From assembly GCA_965219955.1 (NCBI GenBank), contig OZ244799.1, forward strand, positions 2,176,001 through 2,240,000: 64,000 bases of DNA. Direction: 5' to 3'. The DNA comes from a bacterium (GTDB lineage: Bacteria > UBA8248). Positions within the stretch are counted from its first letter, which is position 1, and each line of letters begins with the position of its first letter. Below are positions 20,331 through 29,019 of this stretch, piece by piece. The position numbers and the translations under genes are program-made. The notes under the pieces are model-generated. The model made no database searches and was not told the origin of the DNA. It saw nothing but the letters and a program-made list of their open reading frames with translations.

Positions 20331-20681
20331 TTACGTTAAAACCTGTGAATACGTTTCCGCGTCGAAACCGACGATGAGGGCGTTTCGATGTTTGATGACC
20401 GGCGCCCTGAGCGTGCCCGAGCGGCCCATTAATAAAGCCAGCACGTCTTCGCGCGCAGGGTTTTCCTTTTTGATATTCAGGTGAATCACCTTTCTGCTCC
20501 TGGTCGAATAGACGTCCGTAACGCCGTCCAGAACCGAGTCGACGTTGCTCTCATCCACCACGTCTTTTCTGGAACTGGCCTGCTCGGATACCTCGATACC
20601 ATTTTCCGCAAGAAACGCTTGCGTTTTGACGCAGGTCTTTCAGCCGGAGCGATGGTAATACCAATCCACTGTCTTGGACAT
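20331..20681 (-). CDS. ArsC/Spx-like thioredoxin-fold selenoprotein with UxxC motif (Sec at UGA 20642-20640)
   Basis: ATG 20681 after a GAGGAG RBS gives MSKTVDWYYHRSG-U-KTCVKTQAFL..., in frame with the 76-aa ORF (LMGRSGTLRAP...LIVGF). Hairpin CGCAAG-CGTTT-CTTGCG begins 16 nt after the UGA. Confidence 0.88.
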
Positions 20682-20795
20682 GTCTCAGAATCTCCTCACG
20701 AAACGAGAAACCCTCCCGCTCAAAAACCTTGACGGCGGCTGAGCGATTCGGGGGATGCCCGCCTTCAACTCACCCGTGATGAAGGCGCAATTGCT

Positions 20796-21509
20796 TCAAA
20801 GATTCATCACGGCGACGGCCCGGATCGGAGAGCCGGTGCCCGCGCGAATCCTGAGCGGGAGTCCCACATAGAGAAATTCCTTCCCCGCCACCGCTTCGAT
20901 ATTCGCGAGATTCTCCGTGTTGTGGCGCTGAAGTTCCCGGCAAAGCACGTGGCAGGGAAACGTCAGCTCTATGGTGTTCACGCCGGCGTCGATGCTGGGC
21001 GCATCCTGGCCGATATTCACCACGCCGCATTCGCGATAGAGGAAGTTCGCGGCGTCGTAGCCCAGGCCCGGGTAGGTGTTGAGGTAATCGTCCGTCGGAT
21101 AGGTGCGCTTGAAATGGCCGCCCGTGAAGAGGAACGTGCCGTCTTTGGGAGGCGTAAGTCCCGCCGCCGAAAGCTCGTCCTGCAAGAGTTGTAAGGATAT
21201 CTCCTCCATCGGCTCCACCTTGCCCGTGAAATCCAGCGCGACCGCCCGGGTGATGAACCATTCGAGCGGCGCCTGATCGATGTTCGGCGCCGTTTCCCGC
21301 TCATCGATATGGCTGACCGAATCGGTATGCGTCGGCCCGTGATCGCACATGTGGAGCATCATGGCCGCATACGTGATGTCCTTGGGTTTGATCGGCGCGT
21401 TGGCCGCGTCTTCGTGCCGGGCGACGTACTCGATTTCCGTCGCCGGGTGCCCGGGAAACCTGGGCGCGCCGGTGTAGATATCCTGGCTCAGATCGATGAT
21501 TTCGTACAT
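20796..21509 (-). CDS. Cyclase-family (kynurenine formamidase-like) metallohydrolase
   Basis: IIDLSQ, HGPTHTD (variant of HxGTHxD), ENLAN and GTGSPIRAVA motifs. Confidence 0.88.
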   Translation of the reverse strand: MYEIIDLSQDIYTGAPRFPGHPATEIEYVARHEDAANAPIKPKDITYAAMMLHMCDHGPTHTDSVSHIDERETAPNIDQAPLEWFITRAVALDFTGKVEPMEEISLQLLQDELSAAGLTPPKDGTFLFTGGHFKRTYPTDDYLNTYPGLGYDAANFLYRECGVVNIGQDAPSIDAGVNTIELTFPCHVLCRELQRHNTENLANIEAVAGKEFLYVGLPLRIRAGTGSPIRAVAVMNL

Positions 21510-21579
21510 GCGCATCTCCTCAAAAATCAATCCGAAAAACCCCCGCACGCGAATGCGGGGGCTTCCTCGTCAACAAAAA

Positions 21580-22824
21580 TCAGGCGACGCCGCCGACCGT
21601 GACGCCGTTCGATACCGGACATTCCAGATCGGGCCATATCTTCGTCATGAACGTCTCGAGTTCATAAATGACTTCTTCCTTTGGGCATTGCGCGTAGTGC
21701 CAGATCAGGGTGATGAACTCAGAAGGCACTTTTTCGTACGTCTCCTCCCACTCGCGCTTGAGCCTGTCCACCGGACCACCCAGGAAGATGCCGCTTTCCT
21801 TGATGTTCTGGATCCAGTCGATGCTCTCCGTGTCGTCCGGGAACTGCGGGAAGAAGGGCACGTAGAAGTTCTGGTAGATGTCCTGATCGTAGTTCTTGAG
21901 CTTCTCGTCGTATTCTTCTTCGGTGTCCGTCACATGGATCCACCGGCAGACGCACTGCCGCTCGCCATGCGCGAAGTTGTGGCCCGCCTTGGCGGCTTCT
22001 TCCACGTAGAGATGGGAGAATTCCTCCATCTTTTCCAGTTTGGTGAAATACACGGGCCGGAACCCGTGTCTCGCCGCGAATTTGATGGAATCCGGGCTCG
22101 CGCTCACCGCCTGGAACACGGGCGGATAAGGATCCTGATAGGGCTTGGGAACGACGCTTACCTTTCGCACCCGATTGTCGTCGCCGATCTCGCCGATTCC
22201 GCCGGCGTCCCGGGCGCTCTTCCAGGCCGGGTAATCGATGCCATCCTCATACGGGTAGGGAATCTCGTAGTAATTCCCCTTCACGTCCACCGAGTCTTCC
22301 TGCCAGAATTTCAGGAGCATCTCGACGCGTTCTTCAAAAATGTCGCGGTTCTTCACGTCGTCGGCCCCGCCGAGGGCGTCGGAGACGGTGGCCCGGGTGT
22401 CGCTGAACTGCCCCAGGACGTTCGACCATCTGGACTGGTACCCTCTTGCCAAACCACAGAAGAACTTCCCCTTGGTGATGTGGTCGAGAATCGCCGTCTC
22501 CTCGGCCACGCGAATCGGATCCTGCGTAGCCATGACGTAACCCAGCGCGCCCACCCGCGCATTCTTGACGTGATTAGCCCACCAGGCGTTGAGAACGCCC
22601 GGATTGGGACCTACCTCGTAACCCTCCGAATGCAGGTGGTGCTCGATGGTGCTGATGCCCCAGACACCCATCTCATCCGCGGCCTTTACGATGTCGACCC
22701 ATTCATGAAGCACGTGATGGTACAAATCCTTGTCCCTGGCCAGGGGCCTTTTCTGCTCGCGCTCCTCCCGGTTTTCCGTCGGCAGCATGGGGTATAGCTG
22801 GATGATCACTTTGGGTTTTGCCAT
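21580..22824 (-). CDS. Luciferase-like (LLM class) flavin-dependent oxidoreductase
   Basis: IEHHLHSEGYE, DPIRVAEETAILDH..KG...GLARGYQ and PKPYQ.P.PP motifs. Confidence 0.9.
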   Translation of the reverse strand: MAKPKVIIQLYPMLPTENREEREQKRPLARDKDLYHHVLHEWVDIVKAADEMGVWGISTIEHHLHSEGYEVGPNPGVLNAWWANHVKNARVGALGYVMATQDPIRVAEETAILDHITKGKFFCGLARGYQSRWSNVLGQFSDTRATVSDALGGADDVKNRDIFEERVEMLLKFWQEDSVDVKGNYYEIPYPYEDGIDYPAWKSARDAGGIGEIGDDNRVRKVSVVPKPYQDPYPPVFQAVSASPDSIKFAARHGFRPVYFTKLEKMEEFSHLYVEEAAKAGHNFAHGERQCVCRWIHVTDTEEEYDEKLKNYDQDIYQNFYVPFFPQFPDDTESIDWIQNIKESGIFLGGPVDRLKREWEETYEKVPSEFITLIWHYAQCPKEEVIYELETFMTKIWPDLECPVSNGVTVGGVA

Positions 22825-22857
22825 CGCCTTATTCTCCTTTCTCGACAGAGATTTTCT

Positions 22858-23400
22858 TCACCCTCGGGCGCCGGAGGCCAGCGCTTGTTTAGATAAATTC
22901 ATTTTATTTTTCACTTTATGGAGAAGCCTGGATAGCCTCTCCCTTTCATCGTCCTCCAAATCATTCATGAGGTCCGCTATGCGTGAGTAGTAGTCCGGGA
23001 AAATGGCGTGCAGGCTCTCTTTTCCCTTGGGCGTCAGGCGCACGATGACTTTCCTCCTGTCACCATCGTGGCTGAAACGCTCGATGAGTCCGTCGCGCTG
23101 AAGTCCCTTCATCAACCCGGTCATCGTCGCGCGCGTCACGCCTGCCTGCCCGGCCAGCTCCGACGGGCTGAGGCCCGAACCGTTGTTTCTCATTTGCGAA
23201 CGCAGCAGCAGCAATAAAACGATAAACCTGCCCTGCGATACGCCGTGATTGGCCAGATACGTTTCAAAGGCGGTAAGCATATCACTGCCTACCTGCAAGA
23301 AAAGATAAAACAACATGACGGAGGATGTATCCAGAGAGGAATACTCCGGCACGAGTGGCCTGAAATCTTCCTCGTTGGGCAGTTCTTTCATATAGAACAT
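22858..23400 (-). CDS. MarR-family transcriptional regulator
   Basis: PSELAGQAGVTRATMTGL and DGDRRKVIVRLTPKG winged-helix motifs. Confidence 0.92.
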   Translation of the reverse strand: MFYMKELPNEEDFRPLVPEYSSLDTSSVMLFYLFLQVGSDMLTAFETYLANHGVSQGRFIVLLLLLRSQMRNNGSGLSPSELAGQAGVTRATMTGLMKGLQRDGLIERFSHDGDRRKVIVRLTPKGKESLHAIFPDYYSRIADLMNDLEDDERERLSRLLHKVKNKMNLSKQALASGARG

Positions 23401-23435
23401 GGATTTGCTCCGAGAACAAAATGCTATGGTGCCTA

Positions 23436-23464
23436 ATTATATGGGGCCTTACAATTCAAGTCAA
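23436..23464 (-). promoter_or_regulatory. Sigma70 promoter of marR with an overlapping inverted-repeat operator
   Basis: Minus strand TTGACT-N17-TATAAT. Inverted repeat ATTATA-N8-TACAAT (23436-23455) covers the -10 box and spacer. Confidence 0.75.
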
Positions 23465-23681
23465 CCGGCGCTTCCTCACGGATGTTTCTTGAACATTCAA
23501 CATGGCGCCGCCGCAAGAAACCACAATTTCGGGTCTTGAAACATTCATAAAATGGGATATATTAGCGGTTGTACGGTGATATCCTCGAGTTTGGAGGATA
23601 TGAATTCACCGATTCGTGAACAAACTTTGGCCGCATCGCCTAAGATACCAAATGATTGGATAATCCAGGAGGATTTCTGAA

Positions 23682-24392
23682 ATGCGCTCTCAAGACTTCA
23701 CTCGCTCGACCGGGCAACGCGTCATCGCACAAGACGCCGCCGCATTCATGCAGCGCGTCTACGGTTGGATGACGCTGGGGCTCTTCGTCACGGGCTTCAG
23801 CGCGTTCTACGTCGCATCCAGCCCCGCCGCCATCCAGTTCATATTCGGAAGCTCCATCTCGGTATTTCTGGTCATCGGCGTCCAGCTCGCCCTGGTTTTC
23901 TCCATCAGGCCGGTGATGCGCAGCAAGGGCTGGCAGGCGGGCGCGGTGCTGTTCCTGCTCTACAGCGCGACGCTGGGCGTCACCGTTTCCACCCTGCTCC
24001 TGCGCTACACGCTCACCTCTGTGGCCCAGGCGTTTTTCGTCACCGGCGGCGCGTTCGGCGGATTGACCCTCTTCGCCTTCGTGACGAAAAAAGACCTCTC
24101 GGGCGTGTGCAATTTCTGCATGGTGGGACTCATCGGTATCATTCTCGCCAGCGTCGTCAACATCTTCGTGGGTAGTTCCGCCGTTCATTTCGCCATCAGC
24201 GTTCTGGGCGTTCTCATCTTTGCGGGTCTGACGGCCTATGACACCCAGAAGATGAAGGAATACGCCTACAGCCAGGACACGGACAACGAAACGGGCAGGC
24301 GCGCCTCCATCATGGCGGCGCTCGAACTCTACCTCGATTTCATCATGATGTTCATTTACCTCACGCAGCTTCTGGGCGCATCGCGCGAATGA
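23682..24392 (+). CDS. Bax inhibitor-1/YccA-family membrane protein
   Basis: FMQRVYGWM, TKKDLS, LTAYDTQK and ALELYLDF motifs; about 7 hydrophobic segments. Confidence 0.93.
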   Translation: MRSQDFTRSTGQRVIAQDAAAFMQRVYGWMTLGLFVTGFSAFYVASSPAAIQFIFGSSISVFLVIGVQLALVFSIRPVMRSKGWQAGAVLFLLYSATLGVTVSTLLLRYTLTSVAQAFFVTGGAFGGLTLFAFVTKKDLSGVCNFCMVGLIGIILASVVNIFVGSSAVHFAISVLGVLIFAGLTAYDTQKMKEYAYSQDTDNETGRRASIMAALELYLDFIMMFIYLTQLLGASRE

Positions 24393-24415
24393 GCAAGGCA
24401 ACCATACCCATCCAC

Positions 24416-24441
24416 AAAGCCGGGGCTTCGGCCCCGGCTTT
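24416..24441 (+). terminator. Intrinsic terminator hairpin
   Basis: AAAGCCGGGGC-TTCG-GCCCCGGCTTT. Confidence 0.8.
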
Positions 24442-24558
24442 GCCTTAATAAATAGCACCGCAACTATGGTTTGTCTCTTCCAATTTCCCGACAATGAGTG
24501 ATATAATCAGAATTATGAAAGACGTAACACCTACCATCGCCCTGGCAGGAGAATAACC

Positions 24559-26583
24559 GTGGGGCTTCGCATCTCCATAGGGGCGATTATCGCCGTTCTG
24601 CTCGGCGGAACAGGATATTTCGCCCAGCAATCCCAAACGACAAAAGATCTGCTCCAACAGCGTGAGGTTGAACTCAAAACAGAAAAAGAGAGTTCCGCCA
24701 AGCTTAAAAGCGAAATTCAGGGCCTCAAAGACATAGACCAGAAGATGAAGAGTTTGGAGTCCCAGCTCGCAAAAGAGGTCGCCTCCGCCAAGACGCAGAT
24801 GGAAGAGCTGGACAAGCGCGTCACCGAGAAAAGCGCCGCTATCGAGCAAGACCAAGCGAAAATTCAAAGCCTCGAGGCCGCGCTCCAGGAAAACCAGACC
24901 GCCCTCGATAACGAGCGCAAGGCCCGAGCCGAGACGGAAAAATCAAACCAGCAAAATCTCGAGCTCGCCGCCAAGAGGGCTGGCGACATAGAGCGCCTCG
25001 AAACCCAGGCTGAGCAGATGCGTAAACGCATCGCGGAGAAAAACACCGGCATCAAGCGGGAAAAAGCCGAAATCCGAAACCTCAAAGCCGTAGCGGACAT
25101 CATCGAAGCCTCCCTCAATTACCAGAGCAGATTACGCGCCAAGGCCGAAAAGGCGAATCAACAAAACCTCGCGCTGGCGGCCAACCGGGCCGAAGACATA
25201 AAGCGACTCGAAGCCGCTCTCAAAGAAAATCAAACGACTCTTGCGAGCGAACGCAAATCGAGATCCGAAGAAATAAAGCGTCTCGAAGCACAGGCCAAAG
25301 TGTCGAGCCGACTCATCGCCGAAAAAAATACCGCCATCGAGCAGGAAAAAGAGAAAGCCCGAAAATTCGAAATCGCCCTCAAACGAATTCAGGCGAACCT
25401 CAAGAACGACCGCAAAACACAGGCGCTCGTCGACAAATTGAGCAAACAAAGCCTCGAGTTCGCAGCCGATCGGGCCAAAGAGATTAAACACCTCGAAAGT
25501 GTCCGGGGCATTCTCGAAGCCCAGGTTCAGAGAATGGACAAGCTCATTGCGTCCGAGCAGAAAGAAGCGAAAAAAAAGGACATCGCAGCCAAACCCAAAA
25601 CGCAAGCTACGACAGCAACGGTGAAAGCGTTAAATGGCGAACTCGCGAGAAAGCGATCCGAGGAAATAGCCCGGCTCGAAAAAACCAGAATGCTCCTCAA
25701 CACCCAGGTGCAGGAAATGGGCCGGATGATTACGGAGAAAAACGCCGGGATCGCTCGTGAAAAAACGAAAGCGCAAAGCCTGGAACTCGCACTCAACCAA
25801 ATCCGCACAAGCCTGGATAATGAGCGCCAGACGCGAGCGAAGGCGGAAAAAGCGAATGCCCGAAATGCAGAACTCGCGAGAATCAGAGCCGAAGAGATAG
25901 GGCGCCTCGCGAAAACCAGAGAGCTTCTTCGAGCCCAGGTTCAGGAGATGAGCCAACTCATCGCGGAGAAAACATCCGTGGCCGAACTCATCAAGAACAA
26001 GCTGGATCAGACGAACCTGAGTCTGGCGGAAACCATCAAGAAACACACGCTGGCGTTCGCCCGCTCGAAAGTCCTGGAGAAAAGAGCGCGCGAAGAGGCC
26101 GAAAGGGCCAAAAGGCTGGAATCGGACCTGAGCGAAATGAGCGGCAAGCTCAAGAAGCAACACGTCAGTCTGCAGCGGACCAAAGATCTGCTCCGCCTCA
26201 CCATCGTAAACAGCCTCTTGTTCGATTCCGGCAGCGCCACGCTCAGGGAGAAAGGCTTCGAAACGCTTTCGAAAATCGCGGAGTTTCTCCAGAAGCAAAC
26301 GGACAAGATGATCCGCATAGAAGGGCATACGGACAACCGGCCCATCAAAGGCAACCTGCTCGATCGCTACCCATCGAATTGGGAACTTTCGTTCGCGCGC
26401 GCTATCGCCATCGTCAAATTCCTGGAATCGAAAAACATATCGCCCGCGCGCATGTCGGCGACCGGGCATTCGTTCTACCGTCCCGTGGCGGACAACGGCA
26501 GCGAAGAGGGCCGCGCCAGGAACAGACGAACCGTCATTCTTCTTGGCAGCCCCCGTCCTGCTGTGGAAGGGGCGACTCGCTAG
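24559..26583 (+). CDS. OmpA/MotB-family peptidoglycan-binding protein with a very long repetitive coiled coil
   Basis: N-terminal hydrophobic anchor and roughly 500 aa of K/E/A/Q-rich helix. C-terminal LFDSGSA, IEGHTDN, SNWELS..RA and GRARNRR motifs. Confidence 0.88.
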   Translation: MGLRISIGAIIAVLLGGTGYFAQQSQTTKDLLQQREVELKTEKESSAKLKSEIQGLKDIDQKMKSLESQLAKEVASAKTQMEELDKRVTEKSAAIEQDQAKIQSLEAALQENQTALDNERKARAETEKSNQQNLELAAKRAGDIERLETQAEQMRKRIAEKNTGIKREKAEIRNLKAVADIIEASLNYQSRLRAKAEKANQQNLALAANRAEDIKRLEAALKENQTTLASERKSRSEEIKRLEAQAKVSSRLIAEKNTAIEQEKEKARKFEIALKRIQANLKNDRKTQALVDKLSKQSLEFAADRAKEIKHLESVRGILEAQVQRMDKLIASEQKEAKKKDIAAKPKTQATTATVKALNGELARKRSEEIARLEKTRMLLNTQVQEMGRMITEKNAGIAREKTKAQSLELALNQIRTSLDNERQTRAKAEKANARNAELARIRAEEIGRLAKTRELLRAQVQEMSQLIAEKTSVAELIKNKLDQTNLSLAETIKKHTLAFARSKVLEKRAREEAERAKRLESDLSEMSGKLKKQHVSLQRTKDLLRLTIVNSLLFDSGSATLREKGFETLSKIAEFLQKQTDKMIRIEGHTDNRPIKGNLLDRYPSNWELSFARAIAIVKFLESKNISPARMSATGHSFYRPVADNGSEEGRARNRRTVILLGSPRPAVEGATR

Positions 26584-26608
26584 CGTTTCGCAGGTTTGAT
26601 TTGGAAGG

Positions 26609-27862
26609 CTAAATTTTAAGCACAGCTTCGAGCTCGGTGCCGAGTTCTCGCTCCGCGATCACGGCGCCCGTCAATCGGTCTTCCTGAAACACTTCATTGG
26701 CCACGCGCTGGATATCCTGCTCACCCACGGCGTCGATATCCGCCAACTCTTCCTCCACGGGATAAATTCTGCCTTTGAGCATGAGGTTCGAGCCGTTTCG
26801 GCCCGCATGGTATTGCGAACTCTCGTGTATCTGGAGGTTGCCCTTGATGTATCGCTTCGCTTCGGCCAATTCCTGACTCGTTACGGGTTCGGCTTTGAAC
26901 TTGCCTGTTTCGGAGAGTATCACCTCGGTCGCCTCCACCGCCTTTTCAAGCGCCACGCCCGCTTTCAGTTCAATCATGCCCGTATCGGTGTAGCGGTGCG
27001 GCGCGGCGCCCACGCTGTAGGCAAGACCCCGCTTTTCGCGCACTTCGGTGAACAATCTGCTGCTCATCTTGCCGCCCAGTATGTTGCACATCACGCGAAG
27101 CGGGCCGGCGTCCTCGTGATTCAGACCGAAGGCGCGAAACCCGAGCGCGAGATTCACCTGATCCGTCTGGCGGGCCTGATCCACCATTTTGGCTTTGCTC
27201 TCCCCGGGCAAGCCGGGAGAGAGAGGCTTCTCCTCGCTGCCGGTCCGAGCCCCGAAATGCTGCTCGGAGAGCGCCATCACTTCTTCATGCTTCACGCCGC
27301 CCGCCACGGAGATCACCGTGTTGCCGGGGGTGTACCATTTCTCTATCAGTTCGCGCATATGCTCGGGTTCTATCGCGTTGATGGTCTCCCGGTCCCCGAT
27401 AACGCCCATTTGCAGGTTGTAGACGGTGGTCTCCAGCATATCCGACACCCAGATGCGCGGCATGTCCTCATACATCTTCAACTCTTCGAGGATGACCATC
27501 CGCTCCCGGTCCCACTCGTCCTTGTCCAGCAGGCAGTTGTTCACCGCATCCGCATAGACTTCCAGCACGGTGGCGAACGCTTCGGCCGGCGCCGTGAAGT
27601 GATAGCAGGTGCGTTCGGGCGCGGTGTTGGCGTTGATGGACGCGCCGTTTCCTTCCATCTCGCGCGCGATGTCGAGCGTCGTCCTCGAAGGCGTGCCCTT
27701 GAAGACCATGTGCTCCAGCGCATGGGAAACGCCCACTACCTCATCGCGCTCATGCCTGCCGCCGCAGCCGAAATAAATATGAAACGCTACGGCCGCTGAT
27801 TCCGCGCGTTCCGCCGTCACCACGCGAACCCCGTTGGATAGTTTATCCTCGACGATCTTCAT
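26609..27862 (-). CDS. M16 (pitrilysin-family) zinc peptidase
   Basis: Inverted zinc motif HALEH and SSRLFTEVREKRGLAY. Confidence 0.93.
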   Translation of the reverse strand: MKIVEDKLSNGVRVVTAERAESAAVAFHIYFGCGGRHERDEVVGVSHALEHMVFKGTPSRTTLDIAREMEGNGASINANTAPERTCYHFTAPAEAFATVLEVYADAVNNCLLDKDEWDRERMVILEELKMYEDMPRIWVSDMLETTVYNLQMGVIGDRETINAIEPEHMRELIEKWYTPGNTVISVAGGVKHEEVMALSEQHFGARTGSEEKPLSPGLPGESKAKMVDQARQTDQVNLALGFRAFGLNHEDAGPLRVMCNILGGKMSSRLFTEVREKRGLAYSVGAAPHRYTDTGMIELKAGVALEKAVEATEVILSETGKFKAEPVTSQELAEAKRYIKGNLQIHESSQYHAGRNGSNLMLKGRIYPVEEELADIDAVGEQDIQRVANEVFQEDRLTGAVIAERELGTELEAVLKI

Positions 27863-27918
27863 GAAGCCTCCCGGACAGGAAAAAAGGCGAGCTTTACCCA
27901 AGCGATTTTATTTTTTAT

Positions 27919-28005
27919 TGGTGCCGGAGAGAGGACTTGAACCTCCACGGGCCGAAGCCCACTAGAACCTGAATCTAGCGCGTCTACCAGTTCCGCCACT
28001 CCGGC
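27919..28005 (-). tRNA. tRNA-Leu (CAG)
   Basis: GCCGGAGTGGCGGAACTGGTAGACGCG...; anticodon arm CTAGA-TTCAGGT-TCTAG, long variable arm, GTTCAAGTC T-loop, encoded CCA. Confidence 0.97.
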
Positions 28006-28025
28006 GAGAAGATTGGTAGTCATTC

Positions 28026-28054
28026 CCTATATCGGGGGGCGAATGCGTTGTCAA
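28026..28054 (-). promoter_or_regulatory. Sigma70 promoter of tRNA-Leu
   Basis: Minus strand TTGACA-N17-TATAGG, 20 nt upstream of the tRNA 5' end. Confidence 0.7.
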
Positions 28055-28150
28055 GGATTCGAGCCGATGAATCAAACTATCTCGTCATTTGCTATAGTCC
28101 GAGGAAGGGGAGACAACTTCGAACCTGAACCCGGCAAACCAGGGGAAGAG

Positions 28151-28396
28151 ATGCCCAAAATCACGCTCTATACGCGAAGCGAGTGTCATCTATGCGATGA
28201 GGCGAAAGCGGCGATGAGGCGGCACTTCCCGAATCTCGCGATCGATGAGGTCGACGTGGATACCGACCCCGATCTCATCCGCCTGTTCGGCGAGGAGGTG
28301 CCGGTCGGCTATCTTGGCGAAACGAAGGTTTTCAAATATCACCTGGACGTCAAGCGGTTGCGCCGCCTGCTCGATGAGACAGACCCGAAGGCATGA
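28151..28396 (+). CDS. Glutaredoxin-like protein (DUF836 type)
   Basis: TLYTRSECHLCDEAK (CxxC) and EEVPV motifs. Confidence 0.88.
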   Translation: MPKITLYTRSECHLCDEAKAAMRRHFPNLAIDEVDVDTDPDLIRLFGEEVPVGYLGETKVFKYHLDVKRLRRLLDETDPKA

Positions 28397-29019
28397 ACCT
28401 GCTCGCGTTTTACGGATTCATCACCGTCATCTCGCTCAGCGGCGTCATGTCGCCGGGACCTCTCACGGCATTCCTCATCGCGCGCGGCAGGCAAAGCCCG
28501 TGGGCCGGAATCCAGGTCACTCTCGGACACGCTCTGGCCGAAGTCCCGCTCATCATCGCCTTATATGCCGGGCTACAGCCTTTCTTTGAAATTCAGGGGA
28601 TACGCGAGGGCGTCTCCCTTCTGGGCGGCGGCGTCCTCCTCTATCTGGGGAGCGGCGTATTCAAGAATTTCCGGGCATCCGCCCCCGAGGGAAATAGCGT
28701 TCTTGAGTGCAACTCCCTCACCGGCGGCATTCTGCTCACCCTCTTGAACCCGTATTGGATTCTGTGGTGGCTCACCATCGGCGCGAGCCTCATCTCGCGA
28801 ACGAGCGAATTCGGATGGTTTGCCGGTTTGGCGGGAATGATTTTCGTTCACCTGCTGGCCGACGGCGTGTGGGCCGTCTTCATCACATGGTCGTCGAACC
28901 AGGGGAGTCGCACGATCAGTGAAACCGGCTGGATGAGAATCGAACAAGGCTGCGCGTGGGTGATGCTGGGCTTCGGGGTCTTCTTCATCTACGACGGTCT
29001 GGTGGGACTTATGGCCTAG
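28393..29019 (+). CDS. LysE-family transporter
   Basis: SGVMSPGP and LLNPYWILWW motifs; multiple hydrophobic helices. Confidence 0.88.
   Translation: MNLLAFYGFITVISLSGVMSPGPLTAFLIARGRQSPWAGIQVTLGHALAEVPLIIALYAGLQPFFEIQGIREGVSLLGGGVLLYLGSGVFKNFRASAPEGNSVLECNSLTGGILLTLLNPYWILWWLTIGASLISRTSEFGWFAGLAGMIFVHLLADGVWAVFITWSSNQGSRTISETGWMRIEQGCAWVMLGFGVFFIYDGLVGLMA

Noticed and set aside
20787-20798. Cyclase stop TGA followed by AGC AAT TGC, which would read as UxxC
   Set aside because: Cyclase-family proteins normally end just after the SPIRAVA motif. The extension looks non-protein-like and runs into a terminator-like hairpin, so this is probably a true stop.
27919-28005. tRNA-Leu as an integration site
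   Set aside because: No integrase is adjacent, and no duplicated tRNA 3' end was noticed in the window.
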